Part shown: piece after piece, positions 29,154-42,868 of the stretch
Layout: every line of letters starts with the position of its first letter
How positions within the stretch are numbered: the stretch's first letter is position 1
From: Cycas panzhihuaensis
Lineage: Eukaryota > Plantae > Cycadophyta
NCBI GenBank assembly: GCA_023213395.1
Contig: CM041465.1
Coordinates: 146,141,741 to 146,205,740, forward strand
DNA length: 64,000 bases
Direction: 5' to 3'
Translations under genes and position numbers: made by a program
The notes under the pieces: generated by a model
Seen by the model: the letters and a program-made list of their open reading frames with translations, nothing else
The model's database searches: none
What the model was told of the DNA's origin: nothing

Positions 29154-32100
29154 TGTTATGAACCTCCTTAAGCAAAAAACTTTAATTAATTGATTAAATA
29201 TTAGGTGCTATTGAACAGGCACAACCCTCCATGAAAGGGCCTAATGTGCATATAAATTGAGCACCAATTGTAACATGGACATCAATTTTATCTCATCAAT
29301 CAAATATTTGGTCTATTGACTATAACTTACTTCACCAGCGTTCTGGCGTGCTCTCCTGCTCAATTCAGTTGTCTTCAAGTTACGAACTGGGTTCGTAACA
29401 AGTGGTATCAGAGCAATAATTCTTGCCTATGAAGAATTACATTGGATTTAGCTTTGGGTTGCATTGAATATTTACATCTCTGTCTCGTACAATAATTTAT
29501 CCACATCTGTAGACATCACCCTCTACTTGTCTGAGTTTGTTCATTCTCTGTTTAATCTTGTGCGTACTCATATTATAAAGAAAGTTACTGTTCATCTGTT
29601 GCATCTGTGTCAACCAATCTAGTTGTGGTTGATTTTCTCAGAGCAGATCGATCTTGCTTACACTCTAGTTGAATCTTAATTCCATATCTCTTATATGTGC
29701 TTATCGAGGCATAAATAACCATATATCAATCTTCCGTGGTGCCAAATATATTGACGCAATATTCAGACTGAGTCGTATAAACCTATTCGTATATGTCTGT
29801 GTCTTTTTGATCTGTTTCTGCCTTCGTCCTCACTCCCTCTGTTTCTGTTTATCTTGGTCTGTCGATTAGTCCAGTCTCGTGTTGTTCCGTTGTGTCCCAG
29901 TGCGCCACTGCTCTCCGCGTCACTTGTCTCTGTGCGTCTCTCGTCTGTTCTATTTGCAGGTCTGCGTCTCTGCGTCTGCGTTTGCGCCCTTCGTCCTACT
30001 CTTGCGTCCTTCCTCAGCGTCTTCCATTCCGTCCCATTCCCTGCGTCTTCCGTTCCGTGTGTCCCTGGCATCTACATACTCCATTCCCTGCGTCTTCCGT
30101 TCCCTCGTTTTTCTAATATCCGGCTAACTTCTTCTAGAAGCTTCTAGAATTTGGACAATACGAATTCGATTTTATAAATCGAACACTTTAATTATAGCGC
30201 AATACGATACGTAGTATCACATGATTGAATAGAAGCGCAAACCTATATTAAGTTCTATTTTGACATATTTAATTAGTTATATATATTACATAATTTTATC
30301 AACATATACTCATATTCTTAATATTTATTCAACTCATTAATATCGATTATATAAATTAATTTATAAGATTCACTTCAATACATTCTTAGTAGCGGCCAAA
30401 TCATAGTCACATTCATTAATATCTAATTTATAAATTAAATTATAACATTCACTTTAATACATTTGCTATCCATTCATTGTTACATAGTGTTGTAACATTA
30501 CATTAATTTGCAACCATCACGCAAATAGAAGGGGTTTGTATTTAAAACCTTGTAATTATCACATTTACTTCCTATTAAATATTATAGGAAAGTAAGCTCC
30601 CACATATCGCCATTCTATTGTTTATTAGTCCTAAACATTATCTCTTATTATAACAATTGAATTACTAACATACAACTTCAGTTGGACGAGTCATATTTAA
30701 GAGATTTTTATTATTAATAGTGGCAAATCAACATCAACATTTACAAAATATTATTCTGAGATATTGAAGTGTTAGTTAAGTTTTACATCAATAAAACAAG
30801 AAGGTTAACAGGAAAAGCATACACTTACAGTGGCACACTAATCACGACCATCAAAAAGTGGAATCGTATTTATACAATTGTTAAAATAATTAACACTGAA
30901 GACATGGCAGATAACACCGTTCAAAAAGAGATCGTTGAACCGATCGCTCAAGCAGTCCACGAAGCAGTCCATACATCAAATGCTCTATTAAATCATACAT
31001 TACACTAGATATTGGATAAATTAACAATCATAGCTACAAATACCAAAGAAGATATGACCGTTCCTAATTCTGAGGATGAAGCAATGAGCTGACAATCTCA
31101 TTTCAGAAATCGATCGTTAAAAATATTCGATCCTCGAGATAGCTCCCATTAATACTGAAAATGAAGCTATCAGAAAATACCTTAATGAGTATCACAATTT
31201 GACCCCTGAAGAACAGAAGATAGTGGGTTTTCAAGCACATTTCAATTGTTTACACAATATCCAAACACAGAAAAAGAAAAAATTAGAAAAAATAACTATA
31301 CAACGTTTTAATATGGAGCAAAGGTCGCATGAGCCAAGAGTATGGATCCAACAAATGGAAAACTATTTTCGCTTAATGGAGATTGAGTCAGCAGAGCAAG
31401 TTTCAGATGCCGTCTTGCATATGGATGGGATAGCATGCGAATGGTGGCGCTTCGAACGAACCTTCTTTTGAGATCAACTACCAACCTAGAAAGAATTCGT
31501 GTGTTTATTCATTGAGCGATTTGAAACCGTATCTAATCGCGATTATTACTGTGAGTTACGAAAATTAAAGCAAACTGGTTCTGTGGAAGAATACGGCAAA
31601 GATTCACGAGGTTAAGCTATGTGTTAGAAGATATTCCGACTAATCGACTTATTCAGTTATATATAGATGGTCTGATAATAAAGATCCAAGCTGACGTTAA
31701 AATTCAAGAACCAAAGGACCTTAATAAGGCAATACAGTTAGCTAAAATACATGAAGATAAACATAATACCTTATGCAAAATGGGCACAGATCTCTATGTT
31801 CCTCTCCCTAGTCGACATGATCTTCTACCAAGTGTTCAACATAGACACGTATCAGTCATTCCAAATCGACCCGCTAAACCAATCATTCAAAAAATAAAAA
31901 CAGAGCAAGAAGAGTTAAGAAGAAAAAACCTATGCTTCAGATGTAAGAAGAAGTGGGAACCTAGGCATCGATGTCAAAAGAACCAGTTATATACAATCCG
32001 ACTACTGCCAGATGACAATATTGATGAAGAAGAACAAGGATCAGAAAATAATCAAGAAAATTATTATAATGTAGAACATCAAGAGAGCTACAGTAATTCT

Positions 32101-32999
32101 GACCATCCGTAAATGTCACTATCATTTATGAACAGTTTTAATCAATCAAATACCCTAAAGCTACAAGGATCTATCAAAAATCAAGCTGTAACAATCTTGA
32201 TAGATTCAGGGAGCACACATAATTTTATTGATCGAAACTGTGCACAACAATTAAGGTTATTTCCATTAAGAACTCCTCGTTTCCAGGTCACTGTTGGAGG
32301 AAGACAGGTAATCTCTGGTCAAGGTGTAATGAAGAACCTTAGCCTCACGCTAAATGAAGTCAGTATTATAGAAGATTTCTATGTCGTCGATGTTGGAGGT
32401 GTAGATATGGTCTCAAGGCGTCAATGGCTCAAGACACCTTAACCTTTGAAATGAATATTAATGAACAATTTATACGATTTAAAAAGACTAAGAATTATCT
32501 CGTTATCAGGAAAATGATTGAATAAAACTAAAGCCCTACCACACAAGGATCAAAGTGAAGAAGTCAAGAAACAACCACCAGCATTTCAAAAACACAGTCA
32601 AGGTTTTCAACTGCATTTAATTTTCTAATAAATACCTGCAACATCCGTCTAATCACCTAATGGATTCTACTACAATGAAGGATAGCGTACGTTTAAAGGA
32701 CTGCAATCATTCGACTATGTTTTGTGGGCGAAACATCTCAAGAGGGAGGACTTGTTATGAACCTCTTTAAGCAAAAAACTTTAATTAATTGATTAAATAT
32801 TAGGTGCTATTGAACAGGCACAACCCTCCATGAAAGGGCCTAATGTGCATATAAATTGAGCACCAATTGTAACATGGACATCAATTTTATCTCATCAATC
32901 AAATATTTGGTCTATTGACTATAACTTGCTTCACCAGCGTTTTGGCGTGCTCTCCTGCTCAATTCAGTTGTCTTCAAGTTACGAACTGGGTTTGTAACA
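29154..32999 (+). mobile_element. Young non-autonomous Ty3/gypsy element (gag-protease only)
   Basis: 247-bp LTRs at 29154-29400 and 32753-32999 with ~4 differences. PBS tggtatcagagc at 29403, PPT agagggagga, perfect TSD tacca. Confidence 0.96.
30904..32745 (+). pseudogene. Gypsy gag plus aspartic protease, with a vestigial chromodomain-like tail
   Basis: EPRVWIQQMENYF, LKQTGSVEEY, LCFRCKKKWEPRHRC, ILIDSGSTHNFID. Several stops. The PPT follows ~550 bp after the protease active site. Confidence 0.9.
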
Positions 33000-34386
33000 T
33001 ACCATGTCACTACATGACCCCATAAACAAGATGTGTTATATCCATAGTCAACTTAGGCTCATAGGTTGGGTAGGTATGAAAGTAATCTATAGGGGTTAGG
33101 GGGAAGTATGGGAACAAGATATACTCTAACCTAAAAGGTAGACAAAAAAGGAATGCAATATGCCAAATTAACAAGCACACAAGTAACAATAACTATCTAT
33201 ACTCTTTATGAGAGGAACAAATAAAAAATAAAAGCTCTCAATATGTGGGAGATACACCAAGGAAAAAGAGCCCCTGACATTGTTGTTGATAAATGCATCC
33301 TAGATTCTTGTCCTTAAAAGGAAAACATCTTAGACTATCCCAACCTATAGGAGAGAACTACGTCGTGCTAACTAGGGAAGAACAGAAGGACAAGTGAGGA
33401 AAGAAACATAATAGATTAAGGCCTAAGATTATTAACCTGCTTGTGGGTTAATTAATAGGGAATCTTACATCTAATGGCAACCGACCTATGAGTGTCAGAG
33501 GTTTGCAGAAGCTTGTGCCCAATTCTAAATAGTTTCTCTTTGTAGAGGTGAAAATGGAGAGAAGAAAAAGAAAAATAACCACTCTCAAAAGGACTAATGC
33601 TACTCACTCAACTTTTTAAACCACATGTATGATCATACAATAAGGATAGTTTCCTACCATTGGCTTGTTCATAATACAACAAGAGGTATCTACTTTATCT
33701 TGGGTGTAAGGCTAACCACCAGGGGATCAGGTTTGACCAATCTAGTTGCTCCTCTAACATAGTGGGAACTAAATCTAAATGAAAGGAGTATAAACAAAGG
33801 GAAAATCCTAATGCAAGTAGCATGCATTTTTTATTAAATGAAGATAATAATTAAATTATCTATACATATCAAGTAGGTACATAAAAAATGAAATAAGTAA
33901 CTTTAATCTAGCAAATATATAATAAGTGTATAAATAAAGTGCAAACAAGAGCTACTAAGTCCTAAGTACACTTATACTTAACTTTGCTTAGTAAATTGCA
34001 TAAAAAGACAAAGGAAGAGGGCAAGAGATGAAAGGGGTTGCCCTTTAATTTTTTTTTTTTTTGGGTTTTATACTTCTTTTAAAGGTAATTTTCAAGTATA
34101 AAGGTACTCTAAGGTAACAAGCATATGCAATACACCACAAATAAAATAATGTTACACAAAGAGATGTTAGATGAACCTCTTGGACATATGTAACAATTGA
34201 ATGAAATGAACAAGAAAGTAAACCTACTTTTAATGCTTTAAAGAAATTAGACAAACCACCTAAATAGAGGTAGCTAATAACCAATAAAACTTGAGAGTAA
34301 GAAATGCTTAACAAATAAGAAAAATTCAAGTTGTGTAAAACATACTTAAAAAGAGGGGTGGGAACCTCAAATCCATGCTTAGAAGG

Positions 34387-37300
34387 TGTTAGAAAATGCA
34401 ACTGAAGCAAACAAGGTCGATAGGATCATTCACATCAGGCATATCATAAGCAGAAACAGATTGCACAGGATACCATATTGCCATGGGAAACCCTTAAGGG
34501 TGAAAACCCACAATTGAATAATATTCACATTATGACAAAATGATGTTACATCAAAGGTGGACTTTGATCTATATTTATAGATCTAAAGTTCCAAATATAG
34601 TTACAAATACATCCATTAGGTCACCACAATCTAGACTATTCCACCATATAATTAGGTATAAAAATAGGAGGCCCATATTATGTTAGGTGGTATGGTCACA
34701 TATCTTAACATCCTTTCTTAATGTAAATGTGGGGCAACAAGGATTATCATTGGGAATATATCCCCTCTCAAGGATAACCTTACTCAACCCAATATGCACA
34801 AACGTCAATGTAGCAATTATCACTCAGATGTAATGGTGCTATGCCTCGTATATTCTCAATTCTTTGGAAATACTCCAATAGACCTACAACCATACAACTC
34901 TCTTTGCACCTAACACTTCATCCATTCTAATCGGCCATATTCCTCTAACTAAACCAAGAGGATGAGCCACTTAAACCATGTGAATCACCTCTTCAAGTCT
35001 TCGTTAAGGAACACTAATATGATACGATACGATACCCCACTATCTGAAGCTACTGAAGTAAGGATCAAATGAACCAATGAACATAGAGACTAGTGCTAAA
35101 TATCTCATCATATCTTAATCCTTCTTCCTGTTATGAATCACATGTGCAACAAGTCTTTAAACTTGCAAATCAACCAGGTTCTTTGCTTTAATACAACTTT
35201 CCAATGTGAATCTGTACTAACTGGAATGTTGGTATCTATTATAAGTTTTGACTAACATGCTGATCCATGATCTTTCTTCATCCTACAAGTCTTCAACTGT
35301 CAATAGAACATGGGGTTACAATCCATGTCTCATCATTTAACAACTCATCATCATCAATCTTTCACTATGTCCTACTTTTGCCTCAAGCACAATGTTAGGC
35401 AAACAAACCTGCATACCTGCTGAATAACGACCCAAAAAAGTGAAGCAATGAAGGATAAAACCTGTAACCAAATGACACTCAGTATGATACGTTATAAACT
35501 CATCAAATCGATATCTAGACTAATCACAATGCATTTCCCCTACAGATCACACTGTTTGTAAGCTAAACAACCGATACACTTCAAATGCTTACAATCCAGC
35601 TACTGCTACTTTTGTCTAAGATGTGTGCACTCCAATGCACCAAGGGAAACAAATGGAAGGCTTCTAACTTGGTCCAAACACACAACATGAGGGGAAAATA
35701 TGCCACGAATAGTCACAATAGGAGTACCATACCTATCTGCTACAGTTCCTACCAATAAAACATGGGAGGCAAACTAAAACATGCACCAACCTCACCATCT
35801 GCATCATGATACTCACCTGCAATACAACCTTACATGCCAACTATGCATACCATGACAAAAGCATAACTAATTTTAAGGATTTTTTTCTTAGACCTTTCTA
35901 TTCACACTTTAATTTCATCAAGAATTTTACCTTGGTTCGACATTAGACTTGTTCAGATATGTACTCATGTTGAACCAACATAAATTGGGCCATAAACCTC
36001 ATGCTAACATTAGTCCAACAATTCATACAAGCAAATTCTAAACTTCATCACCTTATACACATCTGATGCAACTAAACTCGAATGTAATCATGAATAAGAA
36101 CACTCATTTATTTCACTGAATAATCATATAAATCATGAATTTTGTGCAATGATCAATGCCATACTCAAACAGTATCAGAGTTTGTATTAAATTTCAATTA
36201 AGGTACTCAAACATGCTCATCATCTTCTTTGCCTAAATTCGCCCATCAAACTTGCCCAAAATCACCCTCAACCAGCCCTTAAACTCGCTCTTAAAACCTA
36301 TCCAAAACTCTCGCTCCGAAAGCTCGCCTAATCTTGCCATGTAATACACATGTAACAAGAGTATATCATCGCTTCATCTAGACCTTCTTTGCCCATAAAC
36401 TCTTTCACATAAGACACATTCTAAGGAGTATCAAGTCTCCATATGTCACCTAACACATTCTCCCATGTAAAACATATACAAAAGAAACTATAGTCAGTTG
36501 ATATCGCCATATCACCATTAATGAAGCATGCTTAATGCACTCTCTTCTCCTTAAATTGCCATCATCACCCAACTTCTTCATACCATATTCTGCCTCATCA
36601 TCACATGCATGCCTTATATTGCTATTAAATTAATACAACCACTCAATATATCCAAGCCACTTATAACAATATGTGATGATCCACTATAGCAAAAATAATA
36701 TGATCATCATTCATCAATGCGTAAAGACAAACTTGATTGATATATTGGAACTAGCAAGTTGTATGCAAGAGGACATCAACATTATCAAAGGGCAATAATA
36801 TGACAATCACGAACATTATGCAATATCAACGAACATTAGAATGAAGTCATCAATATCCATAAATCAAAAAGGCGTCTTAGATCAATCTTTGATATATATC
36901 AAAGTAATATGATATAAATTGTGCCTTTTATAAATATCAATGATATGAGAAACTTAATAACCCAAACGACTATTCAAAATCTCAATGGTGATTTACTAAC
37001 AGGCAGTGACTACAAATCAAATACAGGGGCGACTCCATATATAGGAGCATCAACTATATTACAGCTAGAAATACAGACTGCAGACTGTGCATACTACAAC
37101 AACAATATTAAAAATGTCTCAGGTGAACTTAATAATCACAACGGCTCAATGTGATAGCGTGCAACTTTATATATCCACAGTTGCAAGATAATTAAAGCAA
37201 ACTGTATGCAAGACGACATTATGACATTGTGTAGTCTATAATTCATCACACAGGGTGCACATATATACATCACGCACGTAAACTTTAGATCATGCAGAGG

Positions 37301-38608
37301 AACATGCCAATAGATATTACCTAGCATCTTTACATAATATACATAGCCAAAGAAATATCAACAGATGAAGGCAACATAGTGTGTAATAACATCTGAAGAC
37401 GATAGACTTCATAGACATCAATCAACAGTGTAACATCATAATATCAACCATAAATATTAACAATGTATGCAGGTGACGTAAACTTGGTCATCTGGGCTGA
37501 AGATCAATGCGTATAATAAGTATGCAACCATAATAAATTTATTTCAGCTATACAACAGCTCTATAATAGAGGGAGGATGACAATACACATCGCTTGGGTG
37601 ACACCAATATCACTTAAGAAATTGATATAAAGACGGGCAACTTGAAATATATCACCGTGCAGATGCAACTATAACATCTCACAATGATTCAACAATAATA
37701 TACCCTTGGCCAGAAAGTAATATATTGATAAATATCAATGTATTTATCAAATATGTGACAGAAATATATTACTACTGATAAATATTGATGATACCTAGGG
37801 CATAATATAGTAGTAGGTTACAACATATATTATTCAAACTCTAAAACATCAAACATGTGAATATTTAATAAGAATACCTCTGTTTTGTTGACCATAATAA
37901 TGATTTCACAGCTGTGCAACTGGCCTTCTAGGTTTTTGGCACTCTCCCATTGGCAACAGAGGGGGTGGCAATCAACTCTACAACACACAAACTTAATGGC
38001 ATTGACAAACGAGGATCTGACACCTTCAGTAGTTTCAAATAACACTCGCATGGCTGGCAACAGAGTCAACACTCGTCCATACACCTCCATGTAGTTTAAA
38101 GTGCCTACAAATAATGGATAGAAGGCTCTCAGGTTCCTCAACAATCATCAACACTACTGTGGCTATTCTATAGGGTCATCAAGCACACTAATCTACTAAG
38201 GGTAAGCCAACATGACCTAGCACCATCGATTGGACCTCTGATAATATTCATCTACATGTGTACAACCTACATGCTTTGATCCCATGTTAGAAAATGCAAC
38301 TGAAGCAAACAAGGTTGATAGAATCTTTCACATCAGGCAGATCACAACCATAAATAGATCGCATGGGACATCATATTGCCATGGGAAACCATTACGGGTG
38401 AAAATCCACAATTGAATAATATTCACATTATGACAAAATGATGTTACATCAAAGGTGGACTTTAATCTATATTTATAGATCTAAAGTGCTAAATATAGTT
38501 ACAAATGCATCCATTAGGTCACCACAATCGAGACTATTCCACCACATAATCAGCCATAAAAATAGGAGGCCTACATTACATTAGGTGGTATGGTCACATA
38601 TTTTAATA
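34387..38608 (-). mobile_element. Non-autonomous copia derivative with a fragmented pol remnant
   Basis: 324-bp LTRs at 34387-34710 and 38285-38608, perfect TSD gaagg, degenerate PBS 38273-38284 and PPT. Only short pol traces (KNLVD, AK..VW). Confidence 0.9.
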
Positions 38609-38891
38609 GAAGGCTAAGAAATCTCTTCAAAATACTAATAGGTAAGTGGGGAGATGAGGTAATGTGCATGTAAACCAAATAATTAAAAGATACGATAGGG
38701 AGACCAGTCCCAAAGTAATGCCAAAATCAAACCCTTGATTTTAGGTCTAAATGTGAGCACAAAAAGAGGATGCAACAAACCTCATACCACAAAACAAAAA
38801 TAGGACCATGATAAGTAAACCTTAAGTAACTTTAAGAAGAAAATTAGTAAATCGACAATTAAACAAACATATGATTTAGCAAGGAAATCAC

Positions 38892-41800
38892 TATTAGAAA
38901 TCAATAAGCAACATATTGCTTATATACATAATAGACATAAAATGAGTAAGCATATATGATAGATTTAATATAAGAAACCTCACAATAAAAATCTACCACA
39001 GAAATATATATATTATATTGTTATAAATCTATAAGGTACAATGGACTTTAGATCCCTTTATATAAATCCATAAGTGCCTCAAATAGTACATTGATATTAC
39101 ATTCGTCGACTCATAATAATAACATATTATTACATCATATATATTCACACAATATTATACCACATTAATACTAGTTGAAATAAGTTATATAATGCCACTT
39201 TAACATCCCCCCTTAATGTAAATGTAGGGTTTTGAAGTCTTCCTAGGGGTTGGACTAACCTTTATTTTTATCCTTGTTGATAAATCCCCCCTCAAGGATA
39301 ACTTCTCTAAGTCCTAAATTTACACAAATCTTGATAAAGCGATCTTCAATAAGAGTTTTGGTAAATACGCCTACAAGTTCTTCTTTGCTTGGATAAAACT
39401 CAACCTGCAACTTCCTTGATCTGATCTACTCACAGATATAATAGTGTTGAATCTTGATATGCTTTACACATGTATGAAATTCTAGATCTTTAAAAGTTGA
39501 ATAGCACTTTAATTGTTAATATGTATAGTAGTTGTGCTAGAAGATGTTCCAAGAGTCTCAAAAAGTCATTACAACCATACAACTTCCATCGCACCAATAC
39601 TTAGTCTTTAGTACTCAGCCTTTTCTTTAATGAAACCAAGAGGTTGAACCATGTAGATCTCCTCTTTCAAGTCTCTGTTAAGGAATGCTAACTTCACAGC
39701 CATTTAATATAACTCTCAACTATATGTAGCTACTAAAGCAAGGATCAATCAAACTGTTAACATCTTAGAGACTAGTGCAAATGTCTCTTTATAGTCAAGT
39801 CCTTCTTTCTGTTTAAAACCCAGTATAATAAGTTTAGTCTTATACTTGTTTATCTCTCCATTAGAGTGATACTTTGTGTTATAGACCCACTTGAAATTGT
39901 CTAAGTTCTTAGAAGGAGGTAAGGGAAGTAAATCCCATATATCATTCTTTATAAGCAAATTATATTTCTCCTCCATGGTAGCTCTCTATTGCAAATCCTC
40001 TTTAGCTTCCTCATATGAAATGGGATCGCTATAATTGTTAGTGTCCACCACCAAAGTTTGACTAGTATGCTTACTCCTTATGCTTTGACCATCCTCTGGA
40101 TCTTCAACTGTTACATAGGAGTCCTCAATGGTCCTCCTAGCCCATAATAAAATATAAGGTGTTGTTTGTGCCTCAACTTGAAATAACTCCTTATCATTAC
40201 TTCCACTAATTCTTGTTTCTGTCTCTGACATAATGTTAGGCTCATTAACCTCTACAAATGTTCAACTATGGCTTGAAAAGGGAAGAAGTGGAGGCTAAAA
40301 CCTATCTTTAGATGATCTCTTAGCATAATATGTTATTGACTCATCAAACTTAACATTTCGACTAACTAAAAGTTTCTTCCTCTGTGGATCTTAAAGTCTG
40401 TAAGTCTTACTCTTATGAGTATCCCACAAAAATGTATTTTAAACTCTTACGATTAACTTCTCTTAATGTATGTCAGGAATATATGCATATGTAATGCACT
40501 TAAACATCTTGAAATAGTTAATGGAAAGTTTTTTACCAGTCCAACATTCTTTGGAGGTAATGCCATAAACAACCTTAGTATAGACTCTATTCAAAATATA
40601 AATAATTATTGCAATAGTTTTTATCTAAAATATAAGAGGTAGATTCTTACCATGCACCATACGCCTAGTCATCTTCATTATGATACGATTCTTCCTTTTT
40701 GTAATATCATTTTATTGTGGGGTATGTGGAACAATCAACTCTCGTTTGATACCATGATCAAGACAGAACCGATTAAAGGCATTATTGTCATACTCCTTTC
40801 TTTTATCACATTCATTTTCAATACAAACTTTCCATTTACAAAATCTATCAAACACATTAGTCTTAATCATATATGTATTAATGTTGAAGAGATCTCTAAC
40901 ATGCCATATTTCCCATACTACCATACGTTTAACCACCAAAAGTATAAAGGTTCACTAAGACTAATAACCACTTATAAAATAGACCAATATACTACTAAAA
41001 GAACAAATCTAAACACTCCACAAGTTTGATGTCAAAAATCACTAATATAAATAAATAAAATGCCATTGCATAGAATAAATTACCACTTTATAATAACTAT
41101 GATAATCAACACAACATTGTTTACTTAGCTTGACTACAAATACATTTCTCATCTCAATAACACACCCTTTTATCAACACATTAAAGTAGATATTTCACGC
41201 AACAATCATCAATATTTCAATAAAGTATGACCAAAACAAATCACTTGCCACTTTACTTAATCACGGTGATATGCTCAAGATATACACTCACTTGTACTAA
41301 GAGCTATATCACACCTTGGAATATAGAAAAAAATGACTTAATATATTAAAAACCATTTAAAATAATTTAAAAAAATAACTTAATATATAATATTTAACCC
41401 TAATATTCAATATAATGTTTCGAATACATAAATGACTCTATATTCAAAAGGCGACACAAAGGTGACTTTATCAAACCAACGAGGGGCGAATCAATAATCA
41501 TATGATTTCAATATAAATCAAAGGGCAAAAATATATGGTGAAATGCCTTTGAGAAATAACTTTGTTTTGCTGTAATATTCACATTCACGGCCGCTTGCGT
41601 ATGTGACTCCGGCGTATCCACGGCTCTACAAGCCCGTAAATATATTGCACCCAACCAGTGGCATCTACGGCTGCTCCGTTCGCACTAAGTATTGCTATAC
41701 ACCTCGACTTCAAACCCTCTCAACGATGACGATAAACTGCGATCTCTCCATGGAACGCAAAGCTGTATATCATGGGCGACTTACAGATCCACGACTGCTG

Positions 41801-42868
41801 CGACTGTGATTTGTGTGTGCTCTCATTGGTGGCACCTTCTTCTGCTTCTTATCTACGACTACAGTTGCCTACTACGGCTGTGATCTCCGTGAGAATTGCA
41901 AACATATGCCTCAATGCAAGGCTACAACTCTGGCGTCTACGGCTACAACTGCTCAATGGCCAGGACTGCTACTACAACTGCCTACAATATGAGACGTCTC
42001 ACCTATTTCTTCACTGGCTACAGCTATGTCTGGACAACTACGACTTCTACGATTGCTAATAGACTCACCAACTTTGGGTGACTCACCTACAAATGTGACG
42101 ATCATCCACTATTCCCTGCAAATATTTCGAGTCTACAATCTATGCGAAAGACTTGAATCTGATTGTAGCTATCTCTTCAATGTACTACTATCACATAGGG
42201 CATCTCCACCACGGTTGTGAATTTACACGGCAGGGACATCTCCTCCTACTGACTCTTCAAAGTTTGGCTCTCTATCCAACTGGCAACTGGCTGGCTACGT
42301 TTCACCGATGTGATCATAGTACGAAGATAATGTTTTATATGATTTAGTTTACTAAGTCTCCAACACCATTGATGGAGCTGACGCCATCGAATTCTAGCTT
42401 CTACCATGTTCTCTTCTCTTTTCACACTAAGAAGACTGATGTGTAGAGAATCTTACAGTTATAGATTTAACAAAAGAAGACAATTGAGCTATAGTATTAC
42501 CTAGCAATTAGCGATCCGAACAATTTGCCTAACACTCGCCTACTAGTGCACAATCGCTGGTTTGAGACCATGTTAGAAATTAACAAGTAACAACAAATTA
42601 TTTATGTACACAATATATATGAAAGGAGCTTGGCATGGAAAACATTGGAATAAGCCCATCATAAAAACATATTATTATATTGTTATAAATCCGTAAGGTA
42701 CAATAGATTTTGGATCCTTTTATATAGATCTATAAATGCTTCAAATAGTATATTGATATTATACTTATCAAGATCATAATAATAACATATTATTACATTA
42801 TATGTATTTGTATAATATTTCATAACATTGACATTAGTTGGGATAAGTGATATAATGTCACTTTAACA
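38892..42868 (-). mobile_element. Internally deleted copia element
   Basis: LTRs 38892-39205 and 42571-42868, perfect TSD atcac, PPT tccccccttaa, degenerate PBS. Partial IN (GIKRELIVPHTPQ), RT N-terminus and RH C-terminus are present; no recognisable gag. Confidence 0.9.

Noticed and set aside
29669-30147. Overlapping 66-102 aa ORFs (also at 41603-42347)
   Set aside because: They are by-products of GC-richer low-complexity leader sequence with no recognisable domain.
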